Positions 17,608 through 26,479 of a stretch of DNA of 64,000 nt are shown piece after piece. Every line of letters begins with the position of its first letter. Position 1 is the first letter of the stretch. The translations under genes were made by a program, and so were the position numbers. Under the pieces are notes generated by a model. It was not told the origin of the DNA. It did no database searches and saw only the letters and a program-made list of their open reading frames with translations. The stretch is taken from positions 158,907 through 222,906 of the IMG/VR virus record IMGVR_UViG_3300013233_000093, one strand, 5' to 3'.

Positions 17608-18690
17608 ATGAGTACATACTTACAAGGCATCATAGACGGGGAACCTGCGAAGTTCTTTACGTCTGCATCTAAAAACGGTGACTGTGTTGTAACCTACGAT
17701 AACACAAGTGTCGGCGTATTGCACACTAAGTGCATCGTAAATTCCAGTTGGACTGCGTTACCTGATGTCACTGTCCCGACCGTTACGGGTGATAAGTTCA
17801 GTGGGCTGTTTGCAATAAGCGGAGACGGGCAGCGACTATTCACTGCGGGATACGCCGCGACAGGCACTGTAAACATTTACGTGCGTCAGAGAATCACGGC
17901 AGGTTGGGCATCTCCAATAAGCGTAATAACCACGGTTACTGCGTATGATTTACACACACAGCTTATTGTTTCTTATGACGGATCGTTAGTCGTTATCAAC
18001 AGCATAGACAATCTGACAAAGGCGTCTGAGTTCTATCTGTTTAAAGCCACTACGGCATGGCCTGCGATACCACACGTTATCACAGCAGATAGGATAAGTT
18101 GTAGTAACGATGGCACCCGTGTCGTCTGTGGCACTGCATGCGGGTTAACTGCTCGAGGTAAGGCAGACTTGCTTTACTACGATAATGGAACATGGCTTCC
18201 TCCTGTAAGTCTCGATGCCAAGCTCACTGGGCGATCGTCCACGCGGGACGGTTTAGTGACGATATCAGGGGACGGACTCACTGTGGTGTGCGCTGCGCTG
18301 TTAAACCCACCCAGGGGATCCACAGTAGGGACTTATTCACTTGTGCGATATCAACTGGCTGAAATCGGGAACGTCGCTTACGCGGGCGTTATAGGCGCCA
18401 GAACGGGATGCGGTATACAAGAGCTACCAGCAATCATCCAGAACATTGTGATCTGCACTCGCGGGGAGAACGTCCTTGTGTATGGAGTAGATGCTGCAGG
18501 CGGGATGGTCTCTGATCTGTACACGATGAAAGACGCGTTATGGCGGGTGATAAAAGCACCTGCTACCGTGGAACTTATTACCCTGCAATCTGTATCTGCA
18601 CCCAGAGCTTACGTATGCAATAACGCCGATGCGTACATGATTACCTATGCCACACCGAATGGTGTAGAACGATCCAGTATACTAAAGTGA
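17608..18690 (+). CDS. Stand-alone beta-propeller, degenerate FG-GAP-like
   Basis: AISGDG, IVSYDG, SCSNDG, TISGDG blade turns. Confidence 0.7.
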   Translation: MSTYLQGIIDGEPAKFFTSASKNGDCVVTYDNTSVGVLHTKCIVNSSWTALPDVTVPTVTGDKFSGLFAISGDGQRLFTAGYAATGTVNIYVRQRITAGWASPISVITTVTAYDLHTQLIVSYDGSLVVINSIDNLTKASEFYLFKATTAWPAIPHVITADRISCSNDGTRVVCGTACGLTARGKADLLYYDNGTWLPPVSLDAKLTGRSSTRDGLVTISGDGLTVVCAALLNPPRGSTVGTYSLVRYQLAEIGNVAYAGVIGARTGCGIQELPAIIQNIVICTRGENVLVYGVDAAGGMVSDLYTMKDALWRVIKAPATVELITLQSVSAPRAYVCNNADAYMITYATPNGVERSSILK

Positions 18691-18701
18691 GGTAAATAAG
18701 A

Positions 18702-19853
18702 ATGAGTATCTTTTATAAGCACCAAGTGTTTGAAGGTAATGCTGAAGTACAGGACATGGCCGTCTCCACCGACGGCACAATGTTGGTGATTGGTCGACCT
18801 GACCTGTCCAGTGTATCCATTTATGAGAAACTGGCTACTGTACCGACCTTTGATGTCCCTGTATCATTAGACATGCCTGAAAGAAGAAACTTCGGCTATG
18901 CAGTGGCGCTATCAGGTGATCTTAATACCATTGCAGTGGGTTACTCAGAAATAGCCGTAGAGGACACCTACATGGCTCCTGAGTTCACCCACGTGGTTAT
19001 GTTTATCCGCAATGATCTCGGCAACTGGATTGAAGACGGTGAGGTATCGGTAGGCTTAAACGGAGTAACTCCCGATACGATACGACTGTCGTTCGACGGA
19101 CTTACGTTAACCGTGGGCGGCAGTGACCTTGTGTATACACTTATAAAGGATCCCGTGAACGGCGATGTGTTGGATACGGAAGATCTTCCGCTTACCGCTC
19201 AGTTGTTTGAGCGATCGTTGGCTGATCCTTGGCATGCCGTAAAGGCGGTGCGGGCAGGCAACATAGACGGGCTACAGCAAGCGTTTGGCGGGAATGCGTG
19301 GACAGTGAATAACGTCGCTGGTGCAGTGGATGAGATGATGGTCTCTACTGAATGGCGTCATGGACCTGTGGCAGGCTGTCGTATGTACAGAGTAACGAAG
19401 AAAGCCGGTATTTGGACCGCGCCGGTTTTGGATGTATCCGCTATGGGCAGCGACATTGTTATGTCAGACGACATGACTGTAATGATCGTGTCTGTCACGT
19501 CTAACGTGCCACAGGCCGGTTTGTTTCATATGTACGCACGCACTCCAGGCGGTGCGTGGAGTGTGCCTACCGTGATCCTAAAGCCTCCTCTGGCAGATGA
19601 CCTGTTGTTTGCCCTTAACCTAGGAATGAGTTCTGATGGATTATGGCAGTCCGCTACAGCAAGGCATTACGATGCGCCATCAGGTAACGTATACGTATAT
19701 AAAGCAGGTGTGTATAACGGACGCATTGTAACCGGAGATGTCACGCGGACTTCGTTTGGTAAAATTACCAGATTGCCCTCATTACCACAGCCCGTAGTCT
19801 ACGTGTCGGACGGTTCTAATGTAAACCAGTATACTACTGTATTACCATTATAA
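18702..19853 (+). CDS. Stand-alone FG-GAP-like beta-propeller
   Basis: NFGYAVALSGDLNTIAVG, AVSTDG, LSFDG, GMSSDG, SGNVYVY. Confidence 0.75.
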   Translation: MSIFYKHQVFEGNAEVQDMAVSTDGTMLVIGRPDLSSVSIYEKLATVPTFDVPVSLDMPERRNFGYAVALSGDLNTIAVGYSEIAVEDTYMAPEFTHVVMFIRNDLGNWIEDGEVSVGLNGVTPDTIRLSFDGLTLTVGGSDLVYTLIKDPVNGDVLDTEDLPLTAQLFERSLADPWHAVKAVRAGNIDGLQQAFGGNAWTVNNVAGAVDEMMVSTEWRHGPVAGCRMYRVTKKAGIWTAPVLDVSAMGSDIVMSDDMTVMIVSVTSNVPQAGLFHMYARTPGGAWSVPTVILKPPLADDLLFALNLGMSSDGLWQSATARHYDAPSGNVYVYKAGVYNGRIVTGDVTRTSFGKITRLPSLPQPVVYVSDGSNVNQYTTVLPL

Positions 19854-19874
19854 CAATATAAAATCGGAGAGAAG

Positions 19875-20990
19875 ATGACTTACGCAGACAACGTCCGCAA
19901 ATGCATAGACATGGACATGAGCGCAGACGGACGCAGTTGCGTTACGCTGGACAGAGTGATGGATAATAAAGACGCCATCGGTACCCTACATCACCACACT
20001 TTGTTGGGCGGTGAATGGCACAACACCCGTACCTTTCAAATACCCACGTTGTTCAAGACATCTGTGTCGTATGAAACGGTACAGGCCGTGTGTATATCAG
20101 GAGACGGTAACGTAATGGCTGTGACGACCAATTTCAGTTATCGTGTATACGTCAAATCCTTATACGACGGCAACATTTGGATGCCTGTTATAACGCACTC
20201 TTATCGATACGATAAGATCGCCACGACACGAGGCGCCAGACCTACGCTAAGTTATACGGGCAACAAGCTTATGCTTTCCCCGATAGGACATACTCCTAAA
20301 CGATGTAGGTTAAAACTGGTATACCTCACGGCTAAGTTTGATTACAACCAAGTAGGTAAGTATAATGACTTATCCATAAACCCCACGTTTTACTGGGATG
20401 TAACTAACGTGGCCGTGAGTGAGATAAGTACGAGTTACATCGTCGGGATTATCACAGAAGCCACTGTACGTCAGGCGCGACATAAGGGCAATGGCGTGTT
20501 GCGTGTAGAGGACATCACAGGTCACCTGCAGAAAAAGATCCGTGATGTACGTCTGTACGGACTGTATGTGGAACCACGCAACATTTGCCATCATCAAGAT
20601 GAACGTGAAATGGCGTACATCAATGGCTTAGAAGGTGCGTTACACGTACTGCCATATGACACACAGAAGCAAGTCATCGTGACAGACATGCCGGACAATA
20701 CTGTCGCCACAGGCACGGTGTCTTCCAGCTTAGACGGTGATATCATCGCAGTGAGTGTGTGCAGATCCGGTACATACGGTTTACTCATATTTAAACGACG
20801 CGGTAGGGTATACGATGTGGCAAGGTTTGTGGATACCAATTCCAACGACGCCATTAACCCGATCGCTGTCTATAAGGTAAGTCCTTGTGGTAATCACTTG
20901 GACTACAGCGTCCCCACTAAAATAGACCCTGCTACAGGGGAACGTGGGGACTGGACACGCTTACAACTTAACATTGTTGAAAAGGATTAA
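19875..20990 (+). CDS. Stand-alone degenerate beta-propeller
   Basis: DMSADG, CISGDGNVMAV, SSLDGDIIAV. Confidence 0.7.
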   Translation: MTYADNVRKCIDMDMSADGRSCVTLDRVMDNKDAIGTLHHHTLLGGEWHNTRTFQIPTLFKTSVSYETVQAVCISGDGNVMAVTTNFSYRVYVKSLYDGNIWMPVITHSYRYDKIATTRGARPTLSYTGNKLMLSPIGHTPKRCRLKLVYLTAKFDYNQVGKYNDLSINPTFYWDVTNVAVSEISTSYIVGIITEATVRQARHKGNGVLRVEDITGHLQKKIRDVRLYGLYVEPRNICHHQDEREMAYINGLEGALHVLPYDTQKQVIVTDMPDNTVATGTVSSSLDGDIIAVSVCRSGTYGLLIFKRRGRVYDVARFVDTNSNDAINPIAVYKVSPCGNHLDYSVPTKIDPATGERGDWTRLQLNIVEKD

Positions 20991-20992
20991 AC

Positions 20993-21985
20993 ATGCATAC
21001 AGAATCAATTCGCATTACCGAGTTAGCTGAGTTCGCAAGTGATACGTTCAGCAGTAATGCAATGGATTTATCCAGTGACGGTAAAACCGTGGTGACGATT
21101 ACACCCGACCAGAAACACGCGGTTGTATTGGTTGTGATGAATAAGCACAGGCGTAAATGGTCTAAGGTCGCAGAAGTGACACTGCACGGATGTAACTATG
21201 ACGATGCCAGTGTAAGCATCAGTCCGGATGGATTGCGTGTTGCGGTGGGTCTACCTGGAGATGACGTTGTGTATGTCTATCGCTTATACGTGCACGGCGT
21301 GAAACCACTTACATGCATATGTCGTCTACATCGTCCGAACTCCATGATCGTACACGGATTTGGTTGCGTCGTAGCCATTCGATTGGTTAACGAAAAGTAT
21401 CGTTTGTTTACGACTGCGTACTGCATGCAAATGCATGCGTATGAATTCGATGATAAAGATGCCGCTAAGTGCGTTCGTACTGGGACGCTGCAAGCACCTA
21501 TGACACCTAACGCGTACTACGACATCTTTGCCAATCATGACGGGTCACGTGTCACAGTTATAACAGGATCTACTGCTACCGTGATGACCGGCGAATTGAT
21601 GACATTGGAGATGATTGCGTTACCATCGACTGTGGATCGTGCGTGTGCAGCAGACAGTGACGTGGCCGTGGTCTCTTCTGGAGATAACCTGTATCATACA
21701 CGCTATAATGCAGAGAGCAAGGAGGCCAAGGAGGTGCTAGACGATCCACTGGCCATCAGTGTGGATGTGTCTGCCAACTACGATGGCACGGTCTTAATAA
21801 ACGCCATGCGCAGTAAGATGGTGGTGTACGATTATAAAGCCGATCTCGTCACCCATGTGGGGTTGTTACGCCCAGATGTGAACGGGATGACGGGTAGATG
21901 TACTATGGCAGGTGCATCACGTGCATGTGCTGGCATGCATCAGTTACGTGCTGGCGGAAGTGTGTTATCAATAGCGGAATGGTGA
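20993..21985 (+). CDS. Stand-alone degenerate beta-propeller
   Basis: DLSSDG, SISPDGLRVAVGLP, FGCVVAI, ANYDG. Confidence 0.7.
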   Translation: MHTESIRITELAEFASDTFSSNAMDLSSDGKTVVTITPDQKHAVVLVVMNKHRRKWSKVAEVTLHGCNYDDASVSISPDGLRVAVGLPGDDVVYVYRLYVHGVKPLTCICRLHRPNSMIVHGFGCVVAIRLVNEKYRLFTTAYCMQMHAYEFDDKDAAKCVRTGTLQAPMTPNAYYDIFANHDGSRVTVITGSTATVMTGELMTLEMIALPSTVDRACAADSDVAVVSSGDNLYHTRYNAESKEAKEVLDDPLAISVDVSANYDGTVLINAMRSKMVVYDYKADLVTHVGLLRPDVNGMTGRCTMAGASRACAGMHQLRAGGSVLSIAEW

Positions 21986-21986
21986 T

Positions 21987-22904
21987 ATGGATTCTCAAGT
22001 AAGACGCAAGTCCCTTGCTGTGGTGGCGATGAACAAAAAGTTATCGTCTAACATCATCGAGTGCTCCCCCGTAGAACAGATCCGTCTTATGGACGGTGAG
22101 TTAGACGTGGGCACGGAAGATGTGGTCAGCAGTGGGATCGACCGGGATAACAATGTATACACTGCCAGTATAAAGATGGGTGTGACTGTGGAGGCGGAAT
22201 GGTGGCCTGAGACCAACCGTCCCACACCGCCTGACGTCCGCCGTGGAGAGACTGTATGGCTATGGCATACCGGAGACAGTAATAAGTTTTACTGGGAGTC
22301 TACGGGAGCCTATGACGACCTCAGACGTCTAGAGACCATCGTCTTTCGCTTATCTGGATTACCCGATAACGCAGATGAGAAGTTAGATGCCAGTAATACG
22401 TACTGGATAGAATGGTCTACTCATAAGAAGATGGTGACGTTACATACTTCTATGCGTAACGGTGAGAAGGCAGGTTACACATTACAACTTAACACGGGTG
22501 ATGGTCAGGCTACGCTGGAGGATAATGAAGGTAATATAGTTCAGTTGGATACAGCAGCCACACACATCTGGGCGCGTAACATAAAAGACAGCATCTTTGA
22601 GTTACTTAAAGGTGATATACGCGCGTCCGTCCCAGGCGGGTCGGAGATCTTTATGAAGGACGGAGACATCCTTACTCATAACGGCCATGGCGTAGAGTTT
22701 AACATGGTAGGTGGAAACACAATCCACAAGATGCCAGGTAACTACATCATAAACGCGACGAACATGATCGTGAATGCAAAGACCATGCACAACAAACCTG
22801 TAATTGGCGGAAAGGCCACTTACGGTAAGATCAGTGTAGGAAGCATCTCTGGTGGTAAGGGGTCATTTGGCCTGTTGCTTGCTGGTAAGTTTAACTATCC
22901 ATAG
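21987..22904 (+). CDS. Baseplate central spike (phiKZ gp164-like)
   Basis: NRPTPPDVRRGETVWLW...FYW and RRLET motifs; beta-helix-like C-terminus. Confidence 0.7.
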   Translation: MDSQVRRKSLAVVAMNKKLSSNIIECSPVEQIRLMDGELDVGTEDVVSSGIDRDNNVYTASIKMGVTVEAEWWPETNRPTPPDVRRGETVWLWHTGDSNKFYWESTGAYDDLRRLETIVFRLSGLPDNADEKLDASNTYWIEWSTHKKMVTLHTSMRNGEKAGYTLQLNTGDGQATLEDNEGNIVQLDTAATHIWARNIKDSIFELLKGDIRASVPGGSEIFMKDGDILTHNGHGVEFNMVGGNTIHKMPGNYIINATNMIVNAKTMHNKPVIGGKATYGKISVGSISGGKGSFGLLLAGKFNYP

Positions 22905-22948
22905 ACGGCATACACAGTACCGCATTGCGGTACTGTGTCTTATGCCGT
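22905..22948. terminator. Bidirectional stem-loop with ACGGCATA/TATGCCGT outer arms
   Basis: CACAGTACCGC-att-GCGGTACTGTG between convergent genes. Confidence 0.8.
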
Positions 22949-22956
22949 GTATTGTA

Positions 22957-23493
22957 CTACTGTGATATATGCGCCATCAGTTCTTCCAGCTCTTCCGGAT
23001 GGTGTATGTTAAACACCGGGATCTTAGCATGATTGGCGACTCGCATCTCTAAGAAGGTGATTGTAGGACTGTACGCGACCACGAATTCAGAACGTGACTG
23101 TGCGCCTACTAACTCTTCATCTCCTAATACAGATAACGTTTTAGCTACTGACTTAAGACGATCTTCTTTAGACCCCCGTAGCAGATTACTGTCAAGCTTG
23201 TTGCTGTCCAAGTGTCGGACTACTTGATGTTCTTCTGTTGTGGTGGGCACCCAGCAATGTGCATTGTGTTGATTCTTGATTCGAGGCGCTGTCTTAGAAT
23301 AACTCCATATCTCGTGACTGCCGTTGGCCATTAATGCGCCGTTGACAAACTCCTCTGCGACGCCTTCTGTGCCGTTATGTCTAAGAGTGTAACCCATCTT
23401 AGCCAACCGACTTGAAATGCCGTGTATGGCCTCTGTGATGTGCTTAGGGGCAGACGTCGCGCATCCTGCACCTGTATAGAATTTTTCACTCAT
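22957..23493 (-). CDS. DprA/Smf (SLOG)-like protein, degenerate
   Basis: YTGAG...P, LAKMGYTLR, SEFVVAYS, A...KIPVFNI. Confidence 0.65.
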   Translation of the reverse strand: MSEKFYTGAGCATSAPKHITEAIHGISSRLAKMGYTLRHNGTEGVAEEFVNGALMANGSHEIWSYSKTAPRIKNQHNAHCWVPTTTEEHQVVRHLDSNKLDSNLLRGSKEDRLKSVAKTLSVLGDEELVGAQSRSEFVVAYSPTITFLEMRVANHAKIPVFNIHHPEELEELMAHISQ

Positions 23494-23562
23494 TTACTGC
23501 GTGCTCCATATGTGGATTTATTAGACATACGATACTTAACTGTGTTCGCTACTATCTACTAT

Positions 23563-23646
23563 CTATATTACTTTAGTGATACTTAGGTAATAATACTTAG
23601 GTGCACTGTTATAACTAATAGATCTCTTACTAGAGATCAAAGGATA
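23563..23646 (+). promoter_or_regulatory. Early promoter plus 70-bp leader duplicated at 40036-40105
   Basis: 23577-23646 equals 40036-40105 except a 4-nt hairpin loop. Confidence 0.85.
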
Positions 23647-23652
23647 AAGATT

Positions 23653-24522
23653 ATGTTTAAAATGATTAAAAGGTTGTTTGCCTGGATTAAGAAACTTCCA
23701 GTAATTGTACAAATTATGGTATTGGTTGTAGCCCTGCCCCTGGCTGCCGCGGCAGCTGTGGCATATGCAGTAACAATTGCAATGGTTTTAGTTTGGACAT
23801 GCACGGTTACACTCGCACAATTGTGTGCGAGTGTAACTGCCAAGGGACACCTCTACAGAGTAACCACACCAGACGGCATGGTCGGGTACATCGGAGGTAC
23901 CGTCCACAGTATGGTGCAGGCGCCGATGAAGTATATCCGCGCCGTCCGCGCAACTGGTAATTTGCTGGTGGAATACCGGGGATGTTGGGTTAAGGAAAAC
24001 GCTGTCGAAATTGCGGGGCTTAAGCAGAAGTTCTCTCCGGAGATTCCGGTCGAGCATTTGGTTGAAATGGAGGTAGAGAATGCTATTGCCCCTTTAACCC
24101 AGCTCCTGTTTGGCGGGTTGTTGACAATGGAGCGTACCCTTGAACGACATGCTGATAGCAAGTCGGCTGAGGTAGAGGACTTGCCTTCTATGGCCATGCA
24201 CTTGGATAGCATCCAGTGCCTAACGCCGCTGTACGCGGCGCGTACAGCGGCCATCGGCGCGTTTGCGAGCACAGCGGCGTTTGTAAAGACGGCGTATGCC
24301 ATTACGTACAAGGGCACAACGCCATTAGGCACCCATCTTTGTATGGGTGAGTCGTACGGCCTTAACAGCCGCAGCGCCATTCAGGCGCTGCGGCTGATGG
24401 ACGAGCTGGATGCCGGCCGTCCAGCCACTTTGATGGTCGGCGTGCTCCACCTGTACGCAGGAGGCCCATTCGCCTGCCTTGAGGTCTTAAAAGACAGAGG
24501 CTGCAAAATCGAACGCATGTAA
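23653..24522 (+). CDS. Membrane-anchored TraB/GumN (Tiki-like) family protein
   Basis: LYRVTTPDG..GYIGGTVH, LLVE, MVGVLHL..G, LKDRGCKIERM; hydrophobic N-terminus. Confidence 0.7.
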   Translation: MFKMIKRLFAWIKKLPVIVQIMVLVVALPLAAAAAVAYAVTIAMVLVWTCTVTLAQLCASVTAKGHLYRVTTPDGMVGYIGGTVHSMVQAPMKYIRAVRATGNLLVEYRGCWVKENAVEIAGLKQKFSPEIPVEHLVEMEVENAIAPLTQLLFGGLLTMERTLERHADSKSAEVEDLPSMAMHLDSIQCLTPLYAARTAAIGAFASTAAFVKTAYAITYKGTTPLGTHLCMGESYGLNSRSAIQALRLMDELDAGRPATLMVGVLHLYAGGPFACLEVLKDRGCKIERM

Positions 24523-24532
24523 GTGCGTTCGT

Positions 24533-24573
24533 AGATCTCCTCCGTTTAGGCGGGGGAGATCTTTTTTTTTTTT
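24533..24573 (+). terminator. Intrinsic terminator
   Basis: AGATCTCCTCCG...CGGGGGAGATCT plus long T-run. Confidence 0.85.
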
Positions 24574-24637
24574 GCGTTTACAGCATAGACTCCTATACAC
24601 AAGCGATCGCTTGTGTATAGATGACGTATACTTATAT

Positions 24638-25900
24638 TTACAAGACTCCGCAATCCACAGGTCCGACGTATATCGTGTCGGGGTATACCGGTGGTGCACG
24701 GTTTGGATCTATTGGCAAACAGTTTACAATGTCGCTGTCTACGAATGGGAATCCGCCGATAACGCTGCTGCTGTCTGTAACGTCTCCGCTATCTGTGCTG
24801 TCGCCTGAGCTATCGTCGGTGCTGTCGGTGGTGTCTACCACCACAGAGTCATCACTGATAACGCTGCTGCTGTCACTCTCGGTAGCTGTGTCTGCGACGA
24901 CCGTGTCGTCCACACCGGCCTCTACCAGGATGTCGTCTCCAGATACAACCTCGGCAGTACCGCTAGTTGTGTCTGTGGAGGTGCTGTCCGTAGAAGTACT
25001 GTCTGTGCTATCTGTACTGTCACTTGACGTACTATCGGTACTATCCGTAGTGTCAGTAGTGGTGTTATCTGTAACCGTTTCCACCGTGTTATCGGACGTC
25101 TCTACTGTGTCAGTGGTCACTGTAGAAGAACCGTCTGCCTCCACCACCGTGGTTACGGTCTCTGTGGTATACACAGTAGTGACTGGATGATTTGCCAAAT
25201 GCGCTGCCAGTGATTCTTCAGCAGCGATCACCCTAGCAGTAAGCTTAACGTTCTCTTCCACACATGCATGGATGGCAGAAAACATCTGACTCATGTCTTC
25301 CCGCAACCGTCCCATAATTTTTATGGTTCTGCTGTCCTGCTCTTTAAGGGCAAGTCCAGCTAGATTTAACGGGCGTGACTCCACAAGCGATTGCTGCAGT
25401 CCCAACACACTGTCCCGTAACGGATTAAGGTGCGTGATTTGCGATAGTGGATGCGTGTGATCCTCTGGTGTAAACCCGCCGGGTATCTCAGTTAGATTGT
25501 TAAACGAGACGGACGTGGTTTTAACCGCATCGATCGTGGCACGCAGATCCATGATCAGTTGGTTACTGCGACCTTCCACACCACCGACTGCCTGATAGGT
25601 TAACAGTACTTTACTGTATACTCCGGGGTTTGTGATGTGGATTGCCGTGGCGGTTTCTATGCCAGTGGCCAAGGTGATGTCTGCATCTATGCTGTAAAAG
25701 TCATAGTCCGTACCAAGTAACAGAGGGACGCTAACGCCTTCTGCTCGCAGTATCAACCCTGGCGTGTACATGAGACCGTGGTTGGCCACGATAATGTACG
25801 CCGTAGTGGCAGATACCTCATGTAACTCATCTACGATGTAGTTGGAGGGGTTAGCCGCCGTACCATCGTATCTGTATTTTAAGGCGTTTACGACAGACAT
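24638..25900 (-). CDS. Virion structural (tail/baseplate) protein with Ser/Thr/Asp-rich tail
   Basis: YRYDGTAANPSNYIVDELH, TYQAVGG, FTPEDHTH; N-terminus shared with 35966 and 37692 (phiKZ-type tail family). Confidence 0.75.
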   Translation of the reverse strand: MSVVNALKYRYDGTAANPSNYIVDELHEVSATTAYIIVANHGLMYTPGLILRAEGVSVPLLLGTDYDFYSIDADITLATGIETATAIHITNPGVYSKVLLTYQAVGGVEGRSNQLIMDLRATIDAVKTTSVSFNNLTEIPGGFTPEDHTHPLSQITHLNPLRDSVLGLQQSLVESRPLNLAGLALKEQDSRTIKIMGRLREDMSQMFSAIHACVEENVKLTARVIAAEESLAAHLANHPVTTVYTTETVTTVVEADGSSTVTTDTVETSDNTVETVTDNTTTDTTDSTDSTSSDSTDSTDSTSTDSTSTDTTSGTAEVVSGDDILVEAGVDDTVVADTATESDSSSVISDDSVVVDTTDSTDDSSGDSTDSGDVTDSSSVIGGFPFVDSDIVNCLPIDPNRAPPVYPDTIYVGPVDCGVL

Positions 25901-25915
25901 TGTATCGTGCCCTCA

Positions 25916-26293
25916 TTAAATAATATCGTCAAAGAAATGCGTACGTATGTACCCGTATACCCTCGTGCCTAATTGCATGGCGGATGCTCTACGAGGCTTC
26001 ACCTCGCAAGCAGCCAGTGCCATTTTAAAGTGTTCGTTAGCCACTGTCCAACCGTGCCCGTTTACCAATAGCCAGTCGTGAACTACTGCAGCAAGAAAGT
26101 ACTTATCTACAGGAGGGTAAAGTCCCCACAGCCATCTTGGCACTGAAGCGCCGTCCGTCACAAACCCTGCTTCTATATCGTAACCCAAGATCGTAATCTT
26201 ATCGCGCAGTCGATAGCGCACCGTCGGGTTATCCACAGAAGGGAGTAAGATGTCGACAGCGACGCATTTGATGTCTTTAAGCGTGGATTGCAT
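25916..26293 (-). CDS. DUF1353 family protein
   Basis: GFVTDGASVPRWLW...AAVVHDWL. Confidence 0.85.
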   Translation of the reverse strand: MQSTLKDIKCVAVDILLPSVDNPTVRYRLRDKITILGYDIEAGFVTDGASVPRWLWGLYPPVDKYFLAAVVHDWLLVNGHGWTVANEHFKMALAACEVKPRRASAMQLGTRVYGYIRTHFFDDII

Positions 26294-26479
26294 TACCTAC
26301 TCCTTTTTAAAACCGCCGAGCACTCTTATAAAAGAACCCGGTAAATAAATTAGCCATCCGTGGTATACTCACGCTAACATGAGCTCCCTTTCCCTCTAAA
26401 CGCGATGTGACCGTGCGGCTAGGCACAGCCCCTACACCATGCCTTTGCCGCAGCAAGCGGATGGCATCGCGTTCCTCCT

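Noticed and set aside
24621-25190. 189-aa hydrophobic + strand ORF
   Set aside because: Antisense shadow of the T/D/S low-complexity tract
26399-26473. tRNA (75 nt closed by a 9-bp stem)
   Set aside because: No T-loop GTTC in position, no D-arm consensus, no CCA; kept only as a generic structured element
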